From Malacoraja senta (taxonomy: Eukaryota), in assembly GCA_038087875.1 (NCBI GenBank), contig JAXLNO010000485.1, positions 1 to 64,000 of the forward strand: 64,000 bases of DNA, written 5' to 3'. The position numbers and the translations under genes were made by a program. The notes under the pieces are model-generated. The model worked only from the letters and a program-made list of their open reading frames with translations, was not told where the DNA came from and made no database searches. The number at the start of each line of letters is the position of its first letter. Within the stretch, counting starts at the first letter, position 1. Shown piece after piece: positions 26,311-37,387 of this stretch.

Positions 26311-27570
26311 CCTAAGCCCTACTCTCCTCCTCCTCCTCCTCCCCTTTCTCCCCCACACCCATATTTCTCCCCACCGTTGCCCCCCTCCCCTGTAGCCCAC
26401 CTGGACTTGCACCTATTTCCCTCCTCTCCCCCTTCCTTCTAAATTTGCCATTTGCAACCTTTCAATTATTTGGTTGCGCACCTTCTGTATTTTTATCTCT
26501 GGCCCTTGTCCATAATCTCCCTATCAACTCCCCCCATTACCGCCTCCTCACCTATGTTCACCTATTACCTGCCCCTCCTTTCATCCAGTTTCCTTCATCT
26601 CCCCCTTCCCCTCCCCCTCTACAATGCCCATACCACCCCCCCCAACCTCCCACAATGAGTCTGAAGAAGGATCAATTCCACAACACCACATATCCATGTT
26701 TTCCAATGATACTGCCTGACCTGTCGCGTTGTCCCAGCACTTTGTGTCTTTTTCTAGGAGGAAAAAAAGAAGCACGTTAAGCTGCAGGAAGTGTGGGGGA
26801 GGGAGAATGTCTTTCAATGATAGACACAGAAAGCTGGAGTAACTCAGCGGGACAGGCAGCATCTCTGGAGAGAAGGAATGGGTGACGTTTCGGGTCGAAA
26901 CCCCTTTTCAGACTTTCCAAGCCTTATCTGGTAGAATTTAATGAGATAGACATCTGTTTGTGGTCGAATGCATTATCTGAAAGCTGAATGTAAATTGTAC
27001 TGTTAAGGCTTTACAATACGTCATTGGTAAAAATGTGCATGGATTGAGCATATGGGCTTAATTGTCCTCCTGCTTTGAAGGAAAGCTCACAGCATGTCTC
27101 AATTGCATGTCAACCTAGTATCATAAAAACAACTGCTGTAGGAACTCAGGTGGTAGAGGAACATCTTTGTAAGAAGGAACTGCAGATGCTGGTTTACACC
27201 GAAGATAGACACAAAATGCTGGAGTAACTCAGTGGGTCATGCAGCATTATTGGCAAAAGGAAATAGGTAACATTTCAGGTTGAGACCCTTCCTCACATCT
27301 TCAAGAGTCAAGAGTATTTTATTGTCATATGTCCCAGATAGGACAATGACATTCTTACTTGCTGCACAACAGAAGGGAATGTAATTTGGAGGGAATTAAA
27401 TTTTTCACAATGATTTTTAACTGGTACAGTAAGTCACTTCTATTATTCATAAACCATTGTAGTAATATTTTCAAAACAATATTTGAAATGGCATAAGACC
27501 AAGACTGCATGCGAAGTCATCTTCTGATACAGTTTAGGATTTGGCAGGAAATGCTAAAAATATGGTTCAG

Positions 27571-27853
27571 CACGGTGGTGCAGCGGCAGAGCTGCAGCCT
27601 TACAGCGCAAGGGACCCGGGTTTGATCCTGACTACGGTTTCTCTCTGCATGGAGTTTGTACGTACTTCCCATGACAGGTGCAGGTTTCCTCCGGATTCCT
27701 CCCACATTCCAATGACATACCAATTGGCTTAGTAAAATTCTAAATTGTCCCAAGTGTGCATAGAATAGTGATAGTGTGCGGGGATCGCTGGTCGGCGTGG
27801 ATTCGGTGGGCTGAAGGACCGGTTTCTGCACTGTATCTCTAAATTGAACTAAA
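27571..27853 (+). mobile_element. V-SINE
   Basis: Full head, V-domain and tail. Confidence 0.9.
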
Positions 27854-28480
27854 TACCCAGAAAGCAAGGAAAAGTTCAAGCTTAAGGAGAGGAAATCTGA
27901 ATTCACATTCTAGACCTTCATCATTTAATTTGGCAACTAAAATGTTGCAACTCTATTTACTTCCACAGATGCTGTTGGATCATTTCCAACATGTTATATC
28001 TCTGTGTCAAGTTTATAGCACCATGTCATTATTTTACCTTATTTTCCACTGAAAATGGAAAGGTTGTTTGGTAGATTTGTAATGTAATCATACCCTAGAA
28101 CATGGGTCCTTTGCTGATTAATATTGAGAGTTGAGTCCAGCAATACATTCCTCAGGGCTCGAGCAATTGTGCTCTTGACCTGCTGTGAATTTATCAGAGA
28201 GAAGAATAAGGATGTGTAAAAGTGTAGTTATGCCGGCTGAAGTATGTACATTTTTGAGATGGTAGAGAAAATGGGAAGATGAATCACTTCTGTTCAGAAG
28301 ACATTTAACAAGGTTACACTTAAAGTGTTTATAAACATTTGTGAGGTAGGATCAGGTTATTTGACTGGAAGGTAATTTTCCCCAAGTGAATGTGGGTGGT
28401 GGGAAAATTGAGAGAGGAGATTAATTGGAATGTGAGATTTACATGGAAACATAGAAAATACTGTAGGTGCAGGAGTAGGC

Positions 28481-28930
28481 ACGTAAGCCAGACCCGTTTA
28501 ACCCCCTGGAGATGGTCTGTAGTGATACCTTCTAACGAGGTTTTATGTAACTAACAATATTGCTAGTTCAGAGTCTATAAGGCTCTTAGGGACCTTAACA
28601 TTCTGGTGTAGATGTGTGACCCCACACAACCCAAGGTCCATGGGATATGCAAACATCTAGTTTGACCTTATGCCCCTGGTCTACTCTGCTTGACTAAGTC
28701 ATAAACATAAAACCTTATTATTGCCCGCAGATCTTCTTATCCAGTGTTAACTTATGCAATGACTGGACCCGTTGCGCTGAACTCAGCGCCATGAGCATAA
28801 TCACGAGTAAGTGAGTTTGACCAAGGACAGGGATGTAGCTGGAGCCCACCGGCGAATTGACGTAGCACAATGTTAACAACCCATATCTCCACGTCTCTAG
28901 GCCTGAGTTGAAGATACCCTTCATAATCTA
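28481..28930 (-). pseudogene. DIRS-type tyrosine recombinase fragment (decayed)
   Basis: Across frameshifts the minus strand reads LMKGIFNS...LLVIMLMALSSAQRVQSLHKLTLD...LVKQSRPG...FAYPMDLGLCGV...LVSYIKP..KVSLQTISR, matching the LAL..A.R...L box and the KPH..V...TISRW box of DIRS1-like recombinases. Confidence 0.75.
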
Positions 28931-29243
28931 GATGTCAGAGGGTGAAGACTGCGCCAGCACGCATGCTGATCATCCAAAATCAGTACCCCGTTCCTGCTTT
29001 TTACCCATACCCTTGATTCCATTAGCCCTAAGAGCTAAATCTAACTCTATCTTGAAAACATCCAGTGAATTGGTCTCCACTGCCTTCTGTGGCAAAGAAT
29101 ACCACAGATATACAACTCTCTGGGTGAAAACGTTTTTCCTTATCTCATTCCTAAATGGCCTATCCCTTATTTTTAAACTATGACACAAATTTCTGTGTTC
29201 GATGACTTTATTCTCCTCAGTGATTTGGTGCACATGTTAATAG

Positions 29244-29550
29244 TTTAGTTTAGAGATATAGAGCAGAAACAGGCCCTTTGGCCCACCGAGTCTGCACCGG
29301 ACAGCGATTCACGCACCTTAACGCTACCTTACACACAAACGTGGGACAATTTAATATTTACACCAAGCCCATTAACCTATAAACATGTATGTCTTTGGAG
29401 TGTGGGAGGAAATCGATGGTCTTGGAGAAAACCCATGCAGATCACGGGGAGAAAGTACAAACTCCATACAGACAGCACCTATAGTTAGGATCGAACCCGG
29501 GTCTCTGGCACTGTGAGGCAGTCACTCTACCTCTACTGCACCGTGCCACC
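29244..29550 (-). mobile_element. V-SINE
   Basis: Full reverse copy with GGATCGAACCC B-box. Confidence 0.9.
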
Positions 29551-29574
29551 CATAATAGTGCTGCCCAAAAGTCA

Positions 29575-30310
29575 AGAGAGTTTTATTGTCATGTGTCCCA
29601 GATAGGACAATGAATTCTTGCCTGTTGCAGCACAACAGAATATGTAAACATAATACAGAGATAAAACAGAGAGATGAGTGTGTGGCAGGATGGTGTGGGT
29701 CTTTGATGATGTTGGCAGCCATTTTGAGGCAGCGACTGCGATGGATCCCTTCGATGGAAGGGAGGTCAGAGCCGAAGATGGACTGGGCAGTAGTCACAAA
29801 CTTTCTGGATTCTTTTCCGCTCCTGGACGTTCAAGTTGCCGAACCAAGCCACGATGCAACCAGTCAGCATGCTCTCTACTGTGCACCTGTACAAGTCCGA
29901 GAGAGACCTCCTTGACATACCAACTCTCCGTAATCTTCTCAGGAAGTAGAGGCGCTGATGTGCCTTCTTTATAATTGCATCAGTGTGCTGGGACCTGGAA
30001 AGATCTTCGGAAATATGCACGCCCAGGAATTTGAAGTTCTTGACCCTTTCCACCATCGTCCCGGGATATAAACGGGATTGTGGGTTCATATCCTACCTCT
30101 TCCAAAGTCCACAATCAGTTCCTTGGTTTTACTGGTGTTGAGGGCCGGGTTATTGTGCTGGCACCATTTGGTCAATCGGTCGATCTCACTAATATACTCT
30201 GACTCATCACCATCAGTGTTTCGTCCCACAACAGTGGTGTTGTCGGCGAACTTGATGATGGAGTTCGGACTATGTCTGGCTGCGCAGTCATGAGTTTAGA
30301 GTGAGTACAG
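29575..30310 (-). mobile_element. Rex1/Babar-type LINE 3' region
   Basis: VERVKNFKFLGVHISEDL...IKKAHQRLYFLRRLRR...LYRCTVESMLTGCIVAWFG. Confidence 0.9.
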
Positions 30311-30707
30311 AAGAACAGTTTTCTTGTTTTTCAGTCATCAATATTCTCACTAGAATGGGCCATAAAAAAGTACTTCCTGTGGAAAAAGTTCAGTGACTTG
30401 GGGGAAAAAGATTTAAACTAATTGGTCAACTAAATTGTAAAAGACAATGTAAAAAGAATACACATGTGATCCATGAACTAGTTCAAAGAGCTGCCTTGCC
30501 TCAGGCACCATCCACTGAATGCTGCCGAGTGGTGTATTTGTGGGATACTTTGTAGGATTGCATGGAATAAAAATATACATCAATCATAAATGATTTAAAT
30601 GGCACACAGGATGCCAAGTTTTATTTACACTCTATTTGTAAACACAGAACAATGCTGCACAAGGCAGGATGTACAGGAAGGAACTGCTGATGCTGGTTAA
30701 AACTCTT

Positions 30708-31398
30708 CAGTGAGTCCCTCAGCACGTACTCCTGCAGTCTGGAATGGACAGATGATGTTTTGGGTCAGACGCTTCTTCAGACTGATTGTAATAGAAAGCT
30801 GAAAAAGAGATGTGGGGCTGGGACAAAGCCTGGCAAGTGATACAGGTGATAAGACACAAAAAGCTAGAGTAACTCAGCGGGACAGGCAGCATCTCTGGAG
30901 AGAAGGAATGGGTGATGTTTCTGGTCGAGACCCTTCTTCAGACACTTTGTCTCCTTTTCACCTCTAGCCATTGCCACTTACTCCACCCATCTATTTATCT
31001 AAATCCGTTCTCTAGTCGCACCAGCTTCTCGTTTTCACCCAACAAATAACTTACAATGGCCTGTTTCCTTTATCATCGTTACTTTTTTGCATATCTTTCA
31101 TTCATTGTTCTTTATCTCTCTACATCCTTTTCTATATCTCTTGTTTCCCTTATCCTCAACTAGTCTGAAGAAGAATCTCGACCTGAAAAGTCACCCATTC
31201 CTTCTCTCCAGAGATGCTGCCTGTCCCACTGAGTTACTCCAGCTTTTTATGTCTTATCACCTGTATCACTTGCCAGGCTTTGTCCCAGCCCCACAACTCT
31301 TTTTCAGCTTTCTATTACAATCAGTCTGAAGAAGTGTCTGACCCAAAACATCATCTGTCCATTCCAGACTGCAGGAGTATGTGCTGAGGGACTCACTG
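30708..31398. repeat. Long inverted repeat (arms about 235 bp: 30708-30943 and 31163-31398)
   Basis: The arms are near-identical reverse complements, each a composite of two PLE-terminal-repeat units, with a spacer of about 220 bp. Confidence 0.9.
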
Positions 31399-31769
31399 GA
31401 GCTTGTTGCAGCCAACACCAAGGCTCAGTGGAGGTCTACAGTCTAGGGTCCTTCGTGGCAATACATTGGGGGGCTGCAACTGGTGAAGACGCCCCTCAAA
31501 CAAGGGAAGGGCTATTAACCCAGGAGGGCTATACAAGTGGCAAGGGTGCTTGATATAAGGATAGTTTGTGAACACAACCAAAAATAACTGTAATTAATCC
31601 ATGTGTGGACACTGAGAATGGCAGAAACGTTGTTTGCACTGTTCTTGTTTTGTATATATTTCATTATTCTGAATAATGTTTATTTTTGGATGGGATAAAA
31701 TCCCTCCAGATATTACCTGACCTGCTGAGTCTCTGCAGCCCTTTGTGTTTTGCAGTGAATAGTATATAT

Positions 31770-32980
31770 GATGTGGATGTGAATATTGGTGGTTTGATTA
31801 GTAGGTTTGCAGATGACATGTACATTGAAGAAGGTTGTCTATGGATCCAGTGGGATACAGATTAGCTAGAGAGCTGGATGGAGCAATAGCAGAAGGAATG
31901 TAATCCAGAGATGTGTGAAGTTGTGCGTGTCGGCATGTCATGTTCTGGTAGGACATAAACGGTAAGAACCTGAGGGGTGTTAATATACAGAGTGTCCTTG
32001 GGTTGCAAGTTCATTGATACGTGAAAATGCCGACAAGGGGAGACAGGAAAGCAAAAAATGCACTTTGGCATGTTTGTCCACTTAGACATAGCAACATATA
32101 AAATTGGTGCAGGAGTAGGCCATTTGGCCCTTCAAGCCAGCACCACCATTCAATATGGTCATGGCTGATCAACCAGAATCAGTACCCTGTTCCTGCTTTC
32201 TCCCCAATCCCTTGATTTCGTTAACCCTAAGAGCTAACTCTCTCTTGAATACATTCAGTGAATTGGTCTCCGCTGCCTTCTGTGGCAGAGAATTCCACAG
32301 ATTCACAACACTCTGGGTGAAAAGGTTTTCCCCATCTCAATCCTAAATGGCCTACCCCTTATTCGTAAACTGTGACCCCTCGTTCTGGACTCCCCCAACA
32401 TTGAGAATATTTTTCCTGCATATAGTCTGTCAAATCCCTTGTTAGTATTCTATTTCTATCTGATCCCCTCTCATCCTTCTGAATTCCAGTGAATATAATC
32501 CCAGTCGATTCATTCTTTTATTATATGACAGTCCCGCCATCCCGGGAATTAACCTGGTGAACTTTGCTGCACTCCTTCAATAGCAAGAATGTCCTTCCTC
32601 AAACTAGGTGACCAAGACTGCACAAAATACTCCAGGTGCAGTCTCACCAAGGCCCTGTATAACTGAATAGACTCTGGCATCAAGTATATGAGTTGAGAAA
32701 TCAAACAAAACATTGGTTAGGCTGCACATGGAGTATTGCGTAGAGTTCTGGTCGCTCCACTACTAACATTACTGTGCGGGGATCACTGGTTGGCGTGGGC
32801 CGAAGGGCCTGTTTCTGCAATGTATCTCTAAACTAAAAAGGATGTGATGGCATCAAAAGTAGTGCAGAAGGGTTTTGCCAGGTTGTTGCCTGGAATAGAG
32901 GTCTGGTGTTATGTGAAGAGATTGGATAGGCTGCATTTATTCTCACTAGAATGCAGGAGTGAAATAATGAGGGCTATAGA
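31770..32980. mobile_element. Interleaved CR1 fragments (32085-32670 on - strand inside an older + strand CR1)
   Basis: ISRFADD-like start at about 31795; opposite-strand CR1 tail from 32085. Confidence 0.7.
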
Positions 32981-32987
32981 TTGTGTC

Positions 32988-33432
32988 AGAAGGATCTGCA
33001 GATGCTGGTTTAAACAGAAGAAAGACACAAAAAGCTGGAGTAACTCAGTGGGACAGGAAGCATCATTGGAGAGAAGGAATGGGTGATATTTCGGGTCGAG
33101 ACCTTTTCGGGTCGAAACCCTTCTTCAGGAAGGATCTACAGATGCTGGTTTACACCGAAGACAGACATAAAATGCTGGAGTAACTCAGTGGGACAGGCAG
33201 CATCACTGGAGAGAAGGAATGGGTGACATTTCGGGTCGACATCCTTCTCTCAGGAAGGATTAACAGATGTTGGTTTACACCGAAGACAGACATAAAATGC
33301 TGGAGTAACTCAGCAGGACAGGCAGCATCTTTGGAGGGAAGGAATGAGTGACGTTTCTAAACATCATCCATTCCTTCTCTCCATAAATACTGCCTGGCCT
33401 GCTGAGTTACTCCAGCATTTTGTGTCTATCTT
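32988..33432. repeat. Tandem trimer of ~130-bp PLE-terminal repeats ending in a fold-back
   Basis: Units start at about 32988, 33127 and 33253 (GAAGGAT...GATGCTGGTTTA...GGAGTAACTCAG...TTTCGGGTCGA); 33360-33432 is an inverted copy. Confidence 0.85.
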
Positions 33433-33884
33433 TGGGGTATAGATAGGATAGAGAGTAACTGTCTCTTTCCCGGGGCAGTGGAGACTAGAACTGGAGGTTT
33501 AAGGTGATGGGAGAGAAATGTCAAGGGGATCTGAGCAGACGTTTCTCACCGCAGTAGTTATTTGGAATGAGCTGCAGGGGAGATGGTAGAGGCAGACATA
33601 ATCACAATGTCTATAAAGCATTTGGACTTTTGGTAGGAAAGTCAGGGATGGATATGGGCGTAATTCATGTAATTGTAGATAAACATCTCGGTCAGCATAG
33701 ACAAGATTGGGCAAATGGGCCTGTTTATATGCTGCAGGATTCAGTTAATTTTAAGATTCTTTCTGTGGTTTTCATGTTGCTATCTCTATTAGCCAGAATA
33801 AGCACTGAAAATGGCTATCAAGCAGTCTACACCAGAGAGAACACAGCGTGAACCAAAGGAAGTGAGATATGTAAAATAGGTTCT

Positions 33885-34195
33885 TTAGTTTTTTAATTTA
33901 GATACACAGCGCGGAAACAGGCCTTTCGGCCCACCGAGTCTGCACCGACCAGCGACTAACCCGCACACTAATACTATCCTATGTATTGACACATGCATCA
34001 AGCCAATTAACCTACATTCCTGCACGTCTTTGGAGTGTGGGAGGAAATCGAAGATCTCAGCGAAAATCCACACAGGTCACAGGGAGAACGTACTAACTCC
34101 GTATAGACAGCACCCATAGTCAGGATTGAAACCGTGTCTCTGGCACTGCAAACACTGTAAGGCAGCAACTCTACCGCTGTGCCACTGTGCCGCCC
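33885..34195 (-). mobile_element. V-SINE
   Basis: Full reverse copy. Confidence 0.9.
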
Positions 34196-34944
34196 TTATT
34201 GGTAACTTTGTATGATCTTATTTTGTTAGGATGCAAATTCTATGGGAACGCTTTCTCAAAGAGATAGATAATGATGTAGAAACAACGAACTGCAGATGCT
34301 TGTTTGTACCAAAGAGAGTCACAAAGTGCTGGAGTAACTCAACGGGTCAGAGGTGTTCTACAGCATCTCTGTAGAAAAAGGATGGGTAATGCTGGGTGAA
34401 GCTTCAGGTTGGGATCCTTCTTCAGACTGATGTGTCGGGTTGGGACCCTTTTTCAGACTGAAGTAGGGTCCCGACCCAAAGTGTCATCCAGCCTTTTTCT
34501 CCAGAGATGCTGCTGGTCTCGCTGAGTTACTTTAGCACTCTGTGTCTAAGGTTGATAATGAGTTGTTCAATCCTGATTTTTTGTGATGTTAATTTCTGCA
34601 TGTTCACAGGGCAGACTGTGAGAGTAAATAGTTGAAAAATGAGTCTAGCAGGAAATGTGTGGTATTTGAGTAAGTGGGATTGTGGGGCCTCTCCCGTGAG
34701 ACGACAGGGGAACTCCCTGACAAAGGGGGATGTGGGGAACAAGTCAAAGCAGAAGTTAAATGTTACATTGATATTTTTAGTCTGCTCTTGATGTACTGGC
34801 ATGGTGCAATCCGATTTGGACAACTTACTGAATATTGCAGCTGAAGATGATATAGATATATAGCATTGGAACAGGCTCTTCAGCCCACCAAGTCCATGCT
34901 GAACAGCGATCCCCGTACAGTAGCAATATCCTACAGACTAGCAA

Positions 34945-35835
34945 CGCTGCAGTAATCCGCGCCGCCGCCAAGAGTGCGGCGGCGCGGATTACTGCAGCGG
35001 CCCCTACAGCCCGTCTGTCTTTTTTTTTATTTTTGTCTAGTTAAATGTAGTTGTCTGTGTTTTTTTAATATACTGTTTTAACTGTGTATATGTGGGGGGT
35101 GGGGGGGAGGGGGAAACTTTAAAAATCTCTTCCCTGCACGGGAGACCCGACCTTTTCCCTGTCGGGTCTCCGTTGTCGTTGGGGCCTAGCTCCGTGGAGC
35201 GGCCTCCGACCGGGACGACCTGGGGGCTCCAGTCGTGGAGCCTGTGCAGCTGCGGACTTACCATCGTGGGGCTGGCCGGCCTCAGAGCGTGAGGAGCGGT
35301 GGTGGCTCGCTGCTGCGGCCCGACTACGGAGATCCAGCTCCAGCTGCAGACCCGTGGACTGGGACATCGGGAGCTCGCGGGTCCGGGTGAGAGACCGCTT
35401 TCCGGAGCTCCTGCAACGCAACTTCTCCAGCTCGAGTCGCGGGGTTGGAACGACCCGGAGCGGGGCCATAAATCGCCCGGCGCGGCTTTAATGTTAAAGC
35501 CGCGGGACATTCCAGCGCCCGCCGGGGCTCCAACTTTGTGACTTTTGGGCCCGGAGCGAAGCTGTATACCGCCCGGCGCGGCTTCAACGGCCATGGGACT
35601 TAACATTGCCCGCCTGGGGCTTCAACATCGGGAGAAAAATGGTGCTGGGGAGAGAAATGACTTTGCCTTCCATCACAGTGAGGAGGAGATTCACTGTGAT
35701 GGATGTTTTTCTGTAAATTGAATTGTTTGTGTGTCGTGTAGGAATTGTTTTGTTTGTATGGCTGTGGAAACGGAGTTTCGTTTGAGCCTCTTTGAGGTTC
35801 AAATGACAAGAAATAAATCAAATCAAATCAAAAAT
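34945..35835 (+). mobile_element. GC-rich unclassified non-autonomous retroposon with 5' hairpin and (AAATC)n tail
   Basis: Splits a - strand V-SINE (34855-34942 / 35838-36005), has a perfect 24-bp stem at its start, and shares TTGCCTTCCATCACAGTGAGGA with a copy at 58839-58860(-). Confidence 0.65.
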
Positions 35836-36463
35836 CAAATCAATTTATAATCTTTACCAAACCCTATTAAACTACAAACTCATCTTTGGAGTGTGGGAGG
35901 AAGCTGGAGCACCCAGGTAGAATGTAAAAACTCCATGGTCAGGATTGAACCTGGCGGTCTCTTGAGCTGTAAGGCAGTAACTCTACCGCTGTTCCACCGT
36001 GTCACCCTTTTGTGGAGGATCATGCAGAAGCCTCCTCGTGGCGATCCACGGAACCGACTACACGATGCACTCTGTGACGGGTCGGGCGACCAATTCTGTC
36101 AACATGTTGGACGACGACAGAAGCCAACAGTGAGCTACACCTCGTCTGACACACGAGCGAATGAACCCTTGTTAGACTAATCAACTGAAGGTTACGACAT
36201 AAATATGATGTGATGCAACTAATTGAGAGTACAGCATAGAGAGTGCAGAACAGAAACAAGCCCTTTGACCCATCAAGTCCATACTAACTATTTTGGGACC
36301 TGATCTCTTTTTATCTTCCTGATATTTCCAATACCTACCCCTAGATTTTACTCTTTAACGACACACGGAGCAATAAATGGTGGCCTGTGAACCAAATAAC
36401 TGCCGTGACTTCCCTTTGTGGGTGGAATATCTGAATATCATATTTCCAAATGTTGATCAGTAA

Positions 36464-36758
36464 GGGCGACATGGTGGGGCAGCGATTGAGTTGCTGCCTT
36501 AAAGTGCCAGAGCCCCGGGTCCGATCCTGACTATGGGTGCTGTCTGTACGGAGTTTGTACATTCTCCCCATGACCAGTGGGTTTTCGCCAAGATCTTCGG
36601 TTTCCTCCCACACTCCAAAGACGTACAGGTTTGTAGGTTAATAGGCTTGATATAAATGTAAATTGTCCTTCGTGTGTAGGATAGTGTTACTGTGTGGTGA
36701 TCTGTGCGGACTCGTGCTGAAGGGCCTGTTTCCACACTATCTCTAAACTAAACTAAAA
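36464..36758 (+). mobile_element. V-SINE
   Basis: Full head, V-domain and (CTAAA)n tail. Confidence 0.9.
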
Positions 36759-37126
36759 TAATCTAAGTAAGCTTGACTTTTAGAATCATGTACAGCATAG
36801 AAACAGGCCCTTCAGCCCAGCTTATCTATGCCAGCCAAGATGCCCCATCTACCCTTGACCCACCTATCTATATTTTAGCTTAGTTTAATTTATTATTAAT
36901 GTCACGTGTACTGTTTTGCAGTGAAAATGTTTCTTGTGTGCTGTCCAGTCAGTGAAAAGACTACATTACAATGAAGCCGTTCACAATCTATAGATACAGG
37001 GTAAATGATATCATGTTTAGTGCAATGTAAATCCAATTGGTGTTTTGCCGATTTCCCTCCAAACCTTTCCTATCCATAGAAATTTCTATTACTTGACAAT
37101 AATTGTATTATTGTCTTTGTGTCTAG

Positions 37127-37387
37127 GGCCTCACACACTGATCTATTACTACACCCTGAACCACGGGAATACTCATCTACCAGAATATAGTGTTGTGGGT
37201 GTTCTGGACAGTTGTGAGATACAGTATTATGACAAAAACATGGTCATTACAGTTCCAAGACAGAAATGGATGGTGGCTGCATTTGACAGGAATTACTGGG
37301 TAACAAATACGGTCTCTGAAACTGGTTTCCATGGAATCATCAAAGGGCAAGTCGATGAATGGATGCGGAGGCAGAACGAAACAGCAA
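37127..37387 (+). CDS. MHC class I heavy chain, exon 2 (alpha1 domain, 87 aa)
   Basis: Acceptor ttgtctttgtgtctAG, donor A|GTTAGT, 261 nt, phase 1-1. GPHTLIYYYT...VGVLD...YYD...VPRQKW...YW...RRQNETA aligns with class I alpha1 (H3, Y7, G26, D29, D37, P47, R48, W51, Y59, W60, R84, N86 sequon). Confidence 0.95.

Noticed and set aside
35037-35606. Long GC-rich ORFs (189 aa and overlapping frames), and likewise 53446-53926 and 22027-22601
   Set aside because: They are open in several frames on both strands because of high GC in repeat sequence, and have no protein motifs.
36010-36180. CpG-rich 170-bp island as a possible exon
   Set aside because: No convincing splice sites or protein similarity in any frame; left unassigned.
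37045-37126. N-terminal extension MPISLQTF... of ORF 37045-37392 as a signal peptide
   Set aside because: It starts at TTG and is the intronic polypyrimidine tract before the AG at 37125-37126; a better leader exon exists at 17467.
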